32,000 nucleotides of DNA from Geotalea uraniireducens Rf4 (GCF_000016745.1 NC_009483.1:2550001-2582000); one strand, 5' to 3'. Numbered from the stretch's first letter, positions 1 through 12,600 are shown. The notes: a model not told the origin generated them from the sequence alone. Numbers and translations: made by a program.

Positions 1-431
1 GATGCAGGCACAAGACAGATTGCAGGATGGTCGCCATGGGTACCCCATTTAGCAGACATGACATCAGACTGGCTGGGACCGGTAGGCATACCGGTTGATG
101 GACCACCACGCATAACGTTGATAATAACGCATGGAGTTTCGGCTATGCATGCGTAACCGATAAGTTCCTGCTTAAGGGAAAGTCCGGGGCCGGAAGTGGA
201 TGTCAGTACCTTGGAACCTGCCAGTGAGGCACCGATAACAGCGGCCATAGCCCCGATCTCGTCTTCCATCTGAATAAACTTACCACCTATTTTCGGTAAC
301 TCTGCCGACATAACCTCCGCAACCTCAGTTGACGGAGTAATCGGGTAACCGGCGAAAAACTTGCACCCGGCATACAGTGCGCCATGGGTAGCAGCTTCGT
401 TACCCTGCATAAAAGCAACTTTCTTTGCCAC
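1..431 (-). CDS. korA: 2-oxoglutarate:ferredoxin oxidoreductase alpha subunit, N-terminal part (runs off the left edge)
   Basis: Hand translation of the minus strand gives (V)AKKVAFMQGNEAATHGALYAGCKFFAGYPITPSTEVAEVMSAELPKIGGKFIQMEDEIGAMAAVIGASLAGSKVLTSTSGPGLSLKQELIGY..., a KorA/PorA-type N-terminus. AGGAGG lies 8 nt before the GTG at 431 (alternative GTG at 437). It sits directly downstream of korD. Confidence 0.85.
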   Translation of the reverse strand, partial: MAKKVAFMQGNEAATHGALYAGCKFFAGYPITPSTEVAEVMSAELPKIGGKFIQMEDEIGAMAAVIGASLAGSKVLTSTSGPGLSLKQELIGYACIAETPCVIINVMRGGPSTGMPTGPSQSDVMSAKWGTHGDHPAICLVPA

Positions 432-454
432 TTTCACTACCTCCTGTTTAATTA

Positions 455-649
455 TTAAGCGGTCACTTTAATAGCAAAATCCGGACATCTCAGTTCGCAC
501 TGCATACATTTGATGCAGGCTTCCAGGTTTTTTACGGATGCCACAAAGCCCTTCATTTCCAAGACTTTAGTAGGGCAAAACTCTACACAGATATGGCATC
601 CCTTGCAGTACTTCTCGATGATCTCAATTGTCGGAAGCTTCTTATCCAT
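455..649 (-). CDS. korD: 4Fe-4S dicluster ferredoxin, delta subunit of 2-oxoacid:ferredoxin oxidoreductase
   Basis: 64-aa ORF with two CxxCxxCxxxCP motifs (CKGCHICVEFCP and CIKCMQCELRCP), located immediately upstream of korA. Confidence 0.85.
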   Translation of the reverse strand: MDKKLPTIEIIEKYCKGCHICVEFCPTKVLEMKGFVASVKNLEACIKCMQCELRCPDFAIKVTA

Positions 650-767
650 CTACGTACACTCCTTTACTGGAATATGCCTTGCGGGCAAGCAAACACGGTT
701 TCTATAACACATACTGTATACAAAAAGCAAGAAAGACTTTATACCCACTGTTACGGTCACGCAGGTA

Positions 768-808
768 ATAAAAAAGGTAAAGAAGGGCTAATAAGCCCTT
801 CTTTACCT
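768..808 (-). terminator. Rho-independent terminator after mdh
   Basis: Perfect 13-bp stem GGTAAAGAAGGGC (777-789) / GCCCTTCTTTACC (796-808) with a 6-nt loop. On the minus strand it is followed by a T-run (A-run at 771-776 on plus). It lies 23 nt past the mdh stop. Confidence 0.8.
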
Positions 809-830
809 GCTAGTTAACAACTATTACAAA

Positions 831-4072
<3,242 letters not shown>

Positions 4073-4357
4073 TTAGTTTTTATGCCAGCATCGCCAGAGG
4101 CTTAATGAAAAGATGTTGTAGTGCTTGCAAGCCGTTTTAACACTTTTCAATCTTGTTACTTGAATGAAGCGTAGAGTTGATGTTTTTCACAGCCGAACCG
4201 CACTTAATAATCTTGGACTCTGAATTTGTCCAAACATTTTAAAGTGTTAGCAAATCAGCATCGGGCCTTCAAAATTTTGTATACAGTATACAAATCAGTT
4301 TTCGGTGTCAAGGAAAATATTGGAGGAAATTATTGTGTTTTTCTACTTCAGGGAGAA

Positions 4358-4389
4358 ATGGTTGAGCAGTTTCTCAACTGCTCAACCAT
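4358..4389 (-). terminator. Terminator-like hairpin after the LysM lipoprotein gene
   Basis: Perfect 12-bp stem ATGGTTGAGCAG / CTGCTCAACCAT with an 8-nt loop, 17 nt past the stop at 4406. The trailing U-tract is weak (TTCTCCC). Confidence 0.5.
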
Positions 4390-4405
4390 CTGCTTTCGGG
4401 GGAGA

Positions 4406-5122
4406 TTAATGGAGAGGTTTTTCCTGGGCGTAACGTCTTGCCTCAACGATATCTTCGCGGCTCAGGTTTCTCGGTATGCGCAGCACCTGGCCGGGCCAGA
4501 TATGTTTGGGATCGCTGATCTGATCCCGATTGGCGCGGTATAGAAGCGGCCAGAGGTTTCGATCGTTGTAAACCTCCGGCTGCGAAGCTATGAACGGCAA
4601 ACTTTCACCACGTTTCACCGTGTGATAGGCGGGTAGTTGCCGCTCTTTGGGTTGCCTGGCCTTTTCGGCGTTTTTTTCTGCAATTCTGCGCGCCTCTGCT
4701 TCCTGCGCAGCTTTGGCAGCTTCATACTTTTCCAGAGCGATCCTGCGTGCCTCCGCCTCCAGTGCGCGCTTTCTCTCCAGCTCAAGCCTTTCAGCATCAG
4801 CCCTGCGCTGGGCCTCTTCCTTGAGCCGAAGTTTTTCAGCTGCAAGTTTCTTTTCCAGCAAACTACCTTTAGACCAGGCTAACAGGAATAATTTATCGGC
4901 GTCCTCAATCTCTTCTTCTTTTACAAGAACTTCTCCCTTCAGGATCAGTTCCTCAATACTCGCGAATTCCGCGGGGAAGATTTTATCGCCTTCGTCTCTC
5001 CGGGCCTTATCCAGGACATTTTGTGCCTCCTGTCTCCACATCGGTGCAGGTGTGGTGCAGCCGGACAACAATAACACAATCAGGATTACCAATAAGGGTA
5101 ATTTGCCACAGAGCCGAATCAT
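4406..5122 (-). CDS. LysM-domain lipoprotein with a central coiled-coil
   Basis: Lipobox LLSGC near the N-terminus. Charged Ala/Glu/Arg/Lys coiled-coil region. C-terminal LysM-like segment YHTVKRGESLPFIA...LWPLLYRANRDQISDPKHIWPGQVLRIP. Confidence 0.8.
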   Translation of the reverse strand: MIRLCGKLPLLVILIVLLLSGCTTPAPMWRQEAQNVLDKARRDEGDKIFPAEFASIEELILKGEVLVKEEEIEDADKLFLLAWSKGSLLEKKLAAEKLRLKEEAQRRADAERLELERKRALEAEARRIALEKYEAAKAAQEAEARRIAEKNAEKARQPKERQLPAYHTVKRGESLPFIASQPEVYNDRNLWPLLYRANRDQISDPKHIWPGQVLRIPRNLSREDIVEARRYAQEKPLH

Positions 5123-5131
5123 CCAGTACCT

Positions 5132-6913
5132 TTATTTGACGACCGTTTTCAGCCCGAGTTCTCGCAATTGCTTCATATCTACAGCAGACGGCGCCTCAGA
5201 CATCAGACAGGCGCCTTTCTGGGTTTTGGGGAAAGCGATGACATCCCTGATCGAATCACTGCCGGTGAGAAGCATGATGAGGCGGTCAAGACCAAAGGCG
5301 ATTCCACCGTGGGGCGGAGCTCCGTAATCCATGGCATCCAGCAGAAAACCGAATTTGGTCCGTGCGTCTTCCTCGGAGTGGCCAAGCATCTTGAACATAA
5401 GAGACTGAATTTTTTCCTGATGTATCCTGATGCTGCCTCCGCCGATTTCGTTGCCGTTCAGCACCAGATCATAAGCCTTGGCGCGACAGCGGCCCGGATC
5501 GGATTCAACATATTCCAGATCCTCATCCATCGGAGCGGTGAATGGGTGATGTACGGCAGCCCACCGTTTTTCTTCTTCGTCCCACTCCAAAAGAGGGAAG
5601 TCGGTGATCCAGACAAAATTAAAGGTATCCTTATCCAGCAGCCCGAGACTTTTGGCCAGGTGATTGCGCAGCTTACCCAGCGAATCGTTGACGACCTTCG
5701 GTTTGTCGGCGACAAAGAGAAGCAGATCGCCTTCTTTGGCGTCAAATGCCTTGTCCATGGCCGAGATTTCCTCAGCGGTAAAGAATTTGGCGATGGGTGA
5801 CTGCCACCCCTCGGCGGTCATCTTCACGTAAGCCAAACCCTTTGCACCGTAAATCTTGGCGAACTCGGTCAGGTCGTCGATCTCCTTGCGCGACATGCCG
5901 CCACACCCCTTGGCATTCAGCCCCTTGACGATCCCGCCGCCGGCCACCACATCGGCAAACACCTTGAATCCGGCGTTTTTGACGATATCAGACAACTCGA
6001 CCAGTTCCAGCCCGAAACGAAGATCGGGATTATCAACGCCAAAGCGGCGGATTGACTCGGCATAGGTCATGCGCGGGATGGGGAGATTTACCGTCGCCCC
6101 CTTTGTCTCGGTAAATATCCGGGCAATAAGCCCCTCCATGACGGTTATGATGTCCTCACGATCAATGAACGACATCTCGCAATCGATCTGGGTAAATTCC
6201 GGCTGCCGGTCGGCGCGCAGGTCCTCATCGCGGAAACAGCGGACTACCTGAAAGTAGCGGTCAAAACCCGATACCATCAGAATTTGCTTGAAAAGCTGCG
6301 GAGATTGCGGCAAGGCATAAAACTCACCCCGGTTGATCCGAGACGGGACGAGAAAATCGCGGGCACCTTCAGGCGTCGATTTCGTGAGGAACGGCGTTTC
6401 CAGCTCCAGGAAACCATTACCGGTCAGATACTGACGGGTAATCTGGGCAACCTTCGAGCGGAGGATAAGGTTTTCCTGGAGAACCGGACGACGTAAATCC
6501 AGATAACGGTGCTTGAGGCGCAGGTTTTCAGCCACATCCACATAATCATCCAGGGTAAAGGGAAGCGCCTTGGAGCGATTGAGCATCTTGCATTCCGATA
6601 CCAGCACTTCCACTTCGCCGGTCTTGAGGTTCGCATTGACCGTGCCATCAGGGCGGGGTATTACCTTGCCCCGTATTGCCACCACATATTCATTGCGGAT
6701 CGCTTCAGCTTTTTTGTGTGCCGCCGGACTGTTATCCGGGTCGAAAACCACCTGGGCCAAACCCTCCCGATCGCGCAGGTCAACGAATATCAACCCGCCA
6801 TGATCGCGCCGACGGTGCGCCCATCCCATCAGCACCACTTCTTTCCCTATATCACCCGCGGTCAAAGCTCCGCAATAATGGGTTCTCTTCCAGCCTCCGA
6901 GAAAATCTATCAT
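5132..6913 (-). CDS. aspS: Aspartate--tRNA ligase
   Basis: 593-aa ORF with class II aaRS motifs ([40 protein letters not shown]) and the bacterial-type insertion domain. Confidence 0.97.
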   Translation of the reverse strand: MIDFLGGWKRTHYCGALTAGDIGKEVVLMGWAHRRRDHGGLIFVDLRDREGLAQVVFDPDNSPAAHKKAEAIRNEYVVAIRGKVIPRPDGTVNANLKTGEVEVLVSECKMLNRSKALPFTLDDYVDVAENLRLKHRYLDLRRPVLQENLILRSKVAQITRQYLTGNGFLELETPFLTKSTPEGARDFLVPSRINRGEFYALPQSPQLFKQILMVSGFDRYFQVVRCFRDEDLRADRQPEFTQIDCEMSFIDREDIITVMEGLIARIFTETKGATVNLPIPRMTYAESIRRFGVDNPDLRFGLELVELSDIVKNAGFKVFADVVAGGGIVKGLNAKGCGGMSRKEIDDLTEFAKIYGAKGLAYVKMTAEGWQSPIAKFFTAEEISAMDKAFDAKEGDLLLFVADKPKVVNDSLGKLRNHLAKSLGLLDKDTFNFVWITDFPLLEWDEEEKRWAAVHHPFTAPMDEDLEYVESDPGRCRAKAYDLVLNGNEIGGGSIRIHQEKIQSLMFKMLGHSEEDARTKFGFLLDAMDYGAPPHGGIAFGLDRLIMLLTGSDSIRDVIAFPKTQKGACLMSEAPSAVDMKQLRELGLKTVVK

Positions 6914-7009
6914 TTAAACCATCCCCCTATTCCTCTCAGTTAAAAAACCGGTCAAGTATACTCAAAAAGAAATGACGCTTCAAGGAATAATGCCGTTCTT
7001 TATCTATAA

Positions 7010-7049
7010 ATTTTATTTAAAAAGGCCTTACGGACATTCCGCAAGGCCT
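7010..7049 (-). terminator. Rho-independent terminator after the GntR-family gene
   Basis: Stem AAGGCCTTACGG (7021-7032) / CCGCAAGGCCTT (7038-7049) with one mismatch. On the minus strand it is followed by TTTTTAAATAAAA. Confidence 0.7.
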
Positions 7050-7073
7050 TATCATAAATAAGAGACGAGCAAT

Positions 7074-7793
7074 TTACTCCCGTCCCCGGGCAACATAGGC
7101 GCTGCTGCGTTGTTCGGCAAAGGTCAGATGTAAAAGCATCAGATCCCGCGCCTGCTCCGGATTCTTGTCTCTGATCGCCTCGAAAATGCTTCGGTGATGG
7201 GTATAAAGCATCTTGTGATCCTCTTCGGTCAGATAAACCGCCCGCCAGACATTCCGCTGAAACTCCTTCATGGCGTCAAAGATACTCTGCATCATATGCA
7301 GCCAGACGACATTATGGGTTGCCCTGGCAATCACCGTGTGAAAATTTGCGTCCAGGTCCTCGGATGACTTTGCCCCATCCAGGTTCCGGGCCATGGCGTC
7401 GACGATTGCCTGCAACCTGACGATATCCTCGGGCAAAGCCCTTTGTGCAGCGTAATAGGCAGTCCAGGATTCCATCCCTTTCCGCACCTCGATAACGTCA
7501 AGGGCCCGTTCCCCTTCCCCCCTGATCAATTCGGAGAGCGGAGTGCCGGTGGGCGTTTCAACGAGGGACTTGACCACGGTCCCCCCGCCCTGGAATGCCT
7601 CCACCAGGCCGGAGGCAGCCAGAACATTGAGCGCCTCGCGGACAGAAGGTCGGGATACGCCGAACAACTCGGCCAGTTCGCGCTCGGGCGGGAGCTTGTC
7701 GCCTGGATTGAACTCGCCCGACAGTATTGATGTACGGATCTGCTCCGCAATCTGCGTGGAGATTTTCTTCGGCTTGATCGGTTTGAACTTCAT
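7074..7793 (-). CDS. GntR/FadR-family transcriptional regulator (LldR/PdhR-like)
   Basis: N-terminal winged HTH (PGDKLPPERELAELFGVSRPSVREAL) followed by an all-helical FCD-type C-terminal domain. It sits next to lactate/glycolate utilisation genes. Confidence 0.9.
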   Translation of the reverse strand: MKFKPIKPKKISTQIAEQIRTSILSGEFNPGDKLPPERELAELFGVSRPSVREALNVLAASGLVEAFQGGGTVVKSLVETPTGTPLSELIRGEGERALDVIEVRKGMESWTAYYAAQRALPEDIVRLQAIVDAMARNLDGAKSSEDLDANFHTVIARATHNVVWLHMMQSIFDAMKEFQRNVWRAVYLTEEDHKMLYTHHRSIFEAIRDKNPEQARDLMLLHLTFAEQRSSAYVARGRE

Positions 7794-7805
7794 GGCGCTC
7801 CAATG

Positions 7806-7833
7806 AAAAAAGGGTTAGCATTAACCCCTTTTT
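7806..7833 (-). terminator. Hairpin plus T-run between glcF-like stop and the GntR start
   Basis: GGGTTA / TAACCC stem extended by A/T pairs, with a T6 run on the minus strand (A-run 7806-7811 on plus). It ends only about 13 nt before the GntR ATG. Confidence 0.5.
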
Positions 7834-7868
7834 CATACAATATATATGTTTTAATGGCAAGCATATGT

Positions 7869-9110
7869 TTATTTCACCATAAAACTCTCCAGCAACAGCT
7901 CGGTTATATGCGCCACCCTGACCGGTTGGGCATCGGCTGCCAACGCCTTTTTCAGCTGAATCAGACAGCCGGGGTTGGCGGTAACCAGGCAATCGGCGCC
8001 GGTGCGGCGGATGTTGTCCACCTTTCGTTGCAGCACCTTGTCCGCCATCTCCGGCCGTTGGATATTATACGTACCCGCGCTGCCGCAACATGCGTCCGCC
8101 TCATTCAGTTCCCGATAATCGAGCCCGGGGATCAGTTTCAGGAGCTGGCGCGGCTCCTGGCGGATTCCCTGGCAATGGGCGATGTGACAAGGGTCGTGAT
8201 AGGTCACCCGCCTCCCGAGCGGCTTGAGCAGCTGCCGCAGCTCCCCGGCATGCAGGGCAAGGATCTGGGAGATGTCGCGCACCTTGCCGCTAAATTCCGC
8301 AGCGGCATCGCCGTCCAGGTGATGTCCGTACTTCTTCAGCTCAGCCCCGCAGCCGCCGCAATCCGTGACGATGTAATCGACGTCGAAGCCGCCGAACAGC
8401 TCAACGTTGGTGCGTGCCGCCTCTTTCAACCCCTCCAGATCGCCCCCCAGCATATTGGGAGCGCCGCAGCAGACTTGGTCGCGCGGGGTGATCACCCGGT
8501 AGCCCAGCAGCGAGAGTAGTTGGATGGTGGCCCGGCTGGCCTCGGAGAAGATCAGGCTCATGACGCAGCCGAGGAAGAAACCGACCGTGCCACGTTCTGT
8601 ACCCCGTGCAGGGGTGACCTCCTGGATGGTCTGGCGCAACGGTCTGGACGGCAGCGCAGGGAGCAGGCCCTCCATCCGTTCCAGCGGTTTGGGAAACATC
8701 TTCAGGACGCCGAGTCTCCTGACCAGTTTCTGCAGGCCGCTCCGCTGGTAGACCCGCATCGGTGCCATGGAAGCCTCCAGACGGTCGGGATGGGGCACCA
8801 GCTTGCGCAGGATCAGGTTTTCCATGAAACCGAGGCCGGCTTCCCCCTTCCGCTCGCAGGTGAACTCCGCCACCAGTTCGCCGGCATTGACGCCGCAGGG
8901 GCAGGCCGAAGCGCAGGCCTGGCAGTCCAGGCAGAGCGACAGGTATTCCAGCAGCCGTTCCGACTGGTCAAGTTCCCCTTCCTGGAGCTTGCGCACCAGG
9001 GCCACCCTGCCGCGAGGCGAGGCGGTTTCGAGAAAGGTTTCCTTGTAGGTCGGACAAGCGGGTAGGCACATGCCGCAGCGCATGCAGTTGATCAGTTTGA
9101 CGTAGTCCAT
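7869..9110 (-). CDS. glcF: Fe-S subunit of a glycolate / D-lactate oxidase (GlcF-like, CCG-domain protein)
   Basis: Two 4Fe-4S motifs (CMRCGMCLPACP, CLDCQACASACP), then two cysteine-rich CCG-type repeats (CCGAPN..., DCGGCG..., CCGSAGTYN...). Confidence 0.88.
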   Translation of the reverse strand: MDYVKLINCMRCGMCLPACPTYKETFLETASPRGRVALVRKLQEGELDQSERLLEYLSLCLDCQACASACPCGVNAGELVAEFTCERKGEAGLGFMENLILRKLVPHPDRLEASMAPMRVYQRSGLQKLVRRLGVLKMFPKPLERMEGLLPALPSRPLRQTIQEVTPARGTERGTVGFFLGCVMSLIFSEASRATIQLLSLLGYRVITPRDQVCCGAPNMLGGDLEGLKEAARTNVELFGGFDVDYIVTDCGGCGAELKKYGHHLDGDAAAEFSGKVRDISQILALHAGELRQLLKPLGRRVTYHDPCHIAHCQGIRQEPRQLLKLIPGLDYRELNEADACCGSAGTYNIQRPEMADKVLQRKVDNIRRTGADCLVTANPGCLIQLKKALAADAQPVRVAHITELLLESFMVK

Positions 9111-9191
9111 TGTAAACCCCGTAATTCAGGACTGGGAACTCGGACGGGTCTTTTCTTTGTTCTTCCCAATCCCAATCCCCAGTCCCCGTTG

Positions 9192-10565
9192 TTAAAACAC
9201 CTTGCCCGGGTTCAATATCCCCTTCGGGTCGAATGCCTGCTTGATCCCCCGCATGACCCGGATGCCCGACTCCCCCACCAGTCGTGGCAGGTACTTCTTC
9301 TTGGCGATCCCCACCCCATGCTCGCCGGTGATGGTCCCCCCCATGGCGATGGCGACGTCGAAGATCTCCGCAAAGGCGGCATGGGCGCGCCGGATCTCGT
9401 CCTGATCCCGCTCGTCGGTCAGGCAGGTGGGATGCAGGTTGCCGTCGCCGGCATGGCCGAAGGTGCCGATGGTGACGTTGTACTTCGCGGCCGCCTCCTG
9501 GATGACCTTCAGCATCGGGGCAATGCAGCTGCGCGGTACGGTGGCGTCCTCCAGGATGGTGGTCGGCTTGAGCCGTGCCAGGGCGGACAGGGCAGTGCGG
9601 CGGGCAGCCGCCAGATTGAGCGCCTCGTCGGCGTTCTGCGCCGTCTGGAAGAATGAACAACGATATTTTTTGCAGATTTCCGCCACCGCCGCGGCCTCCT
9701 CGGCAATCACCGCCGGGTGGCCGTCCACCTCGATCAGCAGCACGGCGTCCACGTTCAGCGGCAGGCCGACATGGGCGTAGTCCTCGACGCACTTGATGGT
9801 CACCTTGTCGAGGAACTCCAGTGTGGCCGGGATGACCTTGGCGGCGATGATGGCCGAAACCGCCAGAGCCGCATCCTGCAGCACCGGGAAATGGGCCAGC
9901 ATGGTGATCTTGCCCTGCGGTTTGGGGATCAGCTTTACGGTGATGCCGGTAAAGAACCCCAGGGTCCCTTCGGATGAGACCAGCAGCGGATTGAGACTGT
10001 AGCCGGCCACGTCCTTGACCACCTTGCCGCCGGTGCGTAGCAGATCGCCATTGGCCAGTACCGTCTCCAGCCCCATGACATAGTCGGCTGTGACCCCGTA
10101 TTTCAGGCCGCGAAGCCCTCCCGAGTTCTCGGCAACGTTCCCCCCCATGGTGGAGATGTTCATGCTCCCCGGATCAGGCGGGTAAAACAGGCTCCGCGAC
10201 TCCACCTCCCGGTGCAGGGCACTGGTGACCACCCCCGGCTCAACGGTGGCCGTCAGGTTTTCCTCATCGACCTCGATGATGCGGTTCAGTCGGCTGGTCT
10301 GCATCACCACACCGGCATTGACCGACAGGGAGCCACCCGACAGGTTGGTGCCCGAGCCGCGGGGAGTAACGCTCACCCCGGCATCATGGCAGAGCCGCAG
10401 AATGCGGCTGACGTCTTCCGCCGTTGCCGGCAGAACAACTGCTCCCGGCAGGCTCTCGATCTCCGGCGTCGAGTCGTAGCCGTAGACCGCCAGCGATTCC
10501 CGATCGCTCAGGGTGTACTGTTCGCCGACGATGGTCTGCAGCTCTTTGATGAATGATGGTTCCAT
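9192..10565 (-). CDS. glcD: FAD-linked oxidase, glycolate oxidase subunit GlcD / D-lactate dehydrogenase
   Basis: FAD PCMH-type domain (VLPATAEDVSRILRLCHDAGVSVTPRGSGTNLSGG) and C-terminal GGTITGEHGVG motif. I place the start at the internal ATG at 10565 (MEPSF...), which has a GGAG Shine-Dalgarno sequence. The ORF-track start at 10595 lies inside a palindromic repeat. Confidence 0.9.
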   Translation of the reverse strand: MEPSFIKELQTIVGEQYTLSDRESLAVYGYDSTPEIESLPGAVVLPATAEDVSRILRLCHDAGVSVTPRGSGTNLSGGSLSVNAGVVMQTSRLNRIIEVDEENLTATVEPGVVTSALHREVESRSLFYPPDPGSMNISTMGGNVAENSGGLRGLKYGVTADYVMGLETVLANGDLLRTGGKVVKDVAGYSLNPLLVSSEGTLGFFTGITVKLIPKPQGKITMLAHFPVLQDAALAVSAIIAAKVIPATLEFLDKVTIKCVEDYAHVGLPLNVDAVLLIEVDGHPAVIAEEAAAVAEICKKYRCSFFQTAQNADEALNLAAARRTALSALARLKPTTILEDATVPRSCIAPMLKVIQEAAAKYNVTIGTFGHAGDGNLHPTCLTDERDQDEIRRAHAAFAEIFDVAIAMGGTITGEHGVGIAKKKYLPRLVGESGIRVMRGIKQAFDPKGILNPGKVF

Positions 10566-10580
10566 ATATTCTCCGTCCAC

Positions 10581-10640
10581 GTAGGGGGCGCCCACCTGTG
10601 GTTGCCCTTTTCACGGGCGGCCACGGGTGGCCGCCCCTAC
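10581..10640. repeat. REP-like GC-rich palindromic element between lctP and glcD
   Basis: Imperfect inverted arms GTAGGGGGCGCCCACC (10581-10596) and GGTGGCCGCCCCTAC (10626-10640), with an inner GGCCAC..GTGGCC palindrome. Confidence 0.6.
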
Positions 10641-10650
10641 AGTATTTCCT

Positions 10651-12600
10651 TTACGGGATCATCCACTGGAGGACATACGCCTGCAGATAGACGATGATAC
10701 CCACCACTATGGTCAGGAAGATCGAGTGTTTCAGCGTGAAGCGGAACAGGGTGCCCTCTTCGCCCACCATGCCGCAGGCGGCGGTAGCCACGGCCAGAGA
10801 CTGGGGCGAGATCATCTTGCCCATGACGCCGCCGCTGGTGTTGGCCGCGCCGGTCAGGATCGGGTTCAAGCCGAGCTGTTCGGCGGTGGCCTTTTGCAGG
10901 CCGCCGAAGAGCACGTTACTGGATGTATCGGAGCCGGTCAGGAAGACCCCCAGCCAGCCGAGGAAGGGGGCGATGAACGGGAACCAGTGGCCGGTCTTGG
11001 TGAAGACGAGGCCGAGGCAGTTGGTCATGCCCGAGGTGTTCATGACGTAGGCCAGGCCGAGCACCGAGGCTACGGTGAGTGCCGGGAAGCGCATGTCGTA
11101 GAGGGTCTTGCCGGCGATCTTCATGGTATCTCCCATACCTACACCGCAGAGCAGCGCGGAGAGGAAGGCGGCAATCAGGATGGCGGTGCCGGCGGCGGAC
11201 ATGAAGTTGAAATTGTACTTGGCTGCCAGCTTGATCGGCAGCTGGTCGGCGACCGCCTTTTCGAGGGGTTTGAACTGGTCCTTCTTGGCGCCGTTGATCT
11301 TCACCAGTTCGCCGCAGAGCTTCTTGGTTTCGGTCATCTTCTTGGAAACCAGGTCGCAGGCCTGGAGGCGCTCGTCGGTCAGCACCGCGCCTTTGCCCGC
11401 AAGGCCTGTTTCAACCGGCAGGAAGGCATCCTCAAGCCCCTTCAGCTCCTTAAGTTTTGCAGCCAGCTCGGCCTGTTTCGGATCGGTCGGGGAGAGGGTG
11501 GCCAGCTGCTTGTCGATCTCCTCGTTCACCTTGGCGATCTTCTTGAGACCATCCTCGGGCTTGGAGACCTTCTTGACGATCATATTATCCAGGCCGGCCA
11601 CGGTGATGACCACTTTGCTCTTGTCAAGCTGGGCCTTGATGGAGGGGATGCCCCACAACAGCACCATCACGGTCAGGGCCAGATAGGGTGACCAGGCGCG
11701 GAACACCTCGCCGGCGGTATAGTGATGCTGCTCGACACCTTTGCTGGCCGCTTCGTGGTCGAAGACGTAGTTCTCTTTAGGGCTCCAGACGCGCAGCAGC
11801 AGTACCAGGGCAGCCATGGCAGCCAGGGAGGAGATGATGTCGGGGAGATAGGGGCCGAGGTAGCTGGCGGTGGCCCACTGGCAGACGGCAAAGGTGACGC
11901 CGCAGGTAATGATGGCCGGCAGCACTTCGATGGTCTTCTTCCAGCCGACCATGATCATGATCACGTAGAACGGAATGACAACGGAGATGAAGGGGAGCTG
12001 GCGGCCGACCATGGTGGAGAGTTTCATCATGCCGTCGTCGCCGTAGCCCATGACGCCGGCCAGGGCTACTACCGGGATACCGATGGCGCCGAAGGCAACC
12101 GGCGCGGTGTTGGCGATCAGGCAGACACCGGCGGCATAGAGCGGACGGAAACCGAGACCCACCAGGGTGGCTCCGGCAATGGCTACCGGCGTGCCGAATC
12201 CTGCGGCGCCCTCGATGAAGGCGCCGAAGCAGAAGGCGATCAAAAGTGCCTGAATACGACGGTCCGCGGTCACGCCGGCCAACGAGGCCCGGATGATTTC
12301 GAACTGCCCCCCCTTGACGGTAATGTTGTACAGGAACAAAGTGGTGATGACGATGTAGAAAACCGGGAAGAGGCCGAAGGCCGCCCCCTGCATGAAGGCG
12401 AGACCGGCCAGCTTGGCCGGCATCCCCCATACGGCAATGGCGATGGCAACGGCAGACACAACTGCCAGTGGTCCTGCCTTGTGGGCCTTCATCTTCAGCA
12501 CGGCGAGACAGACGAAAATTACCACGAGTGGAATGGCAGCAACCAGTGCCGACAAACCGAGACTTCCTCCTACCGGGGTGTAGCTCTGAATCCAGGGCAT
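10651..12600 (-). CDS. lctP: L-lactate/glycolate permease (LctP family) with a large hydrophilic insertion
   Basis: 649-aa polytopic membrane protein with LctP-type N- and C-terminal halves (e.g. GLFPVFYIVITTLFLYN, TGSDTSSNVLFG). GGAGAA Shine-Dalgarno sequence before the ATG. Confidence 0.9.
   Translation of the reverse strand: MPWIQSYTPVGGSLGLSALVAAIPLVVIFVCLAVLKMKAHKAGPLAVVSAVAIAIAVWGMPAKLAGLAFMQGAAFGLFPVFYIVITTLFLYNITVKGGQFEIIRASLAGVTADRRIQALLIAFCFGAFIEGAAGFGTPVAIAGATLVGLGFRPLYAAGVCLIANTAPVAFGAIGIPVVALAGVMGYGDDGMMKLSTMVGRQLPFISVVIPFYVIMIMVGWKKTIEVLPAIITCGVTFAVCQWATASYLGPYLPDIISSLAAMAALVLLLRVWSPKENYVFDHEAASKGVEQHHYTAGEVFRAWSPYLALTVMVLLWGIPSIKAQLDKSKVVITVAGLDNMIVKKVSKPEDGLKKIAKVNEEIDKQLATLSPTDPKQAELAAKLKELKGLEDAFLPVETGLAGKGAVLTDERLQACDLVSKKMTETKKLCGELVKINGAKKDQFKPLEKAVADQLPIKLAAKYNFNFMSAAGTAILIAAFLSALLCGVGMGDTMKIAGKTLYDMRFPALTVASVLGLAYVMNTSGMTNCLGLVFTKTGHWFPFIAPFLGWLGVFLTGSDTSSNVLFGGLQKATAEQLGLNPILTGAANTSGGVMGKMISPQSLAVATAACGMVGEEGTLFRFTLKHSIFLTIVVGIIVYLQAYVLQWMIP

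Noticed and set aside
7803-9792. ORFs antisense to or out of frame with glcF/glcD (7803-8519 +, 8520-9065 +, 8968-9792 -)
   Set aside because: They have Arg/Gly/Pro-rich composition and no recognisable domains. They fully overlap well-supported Fe-S and FAD oxidase genes.
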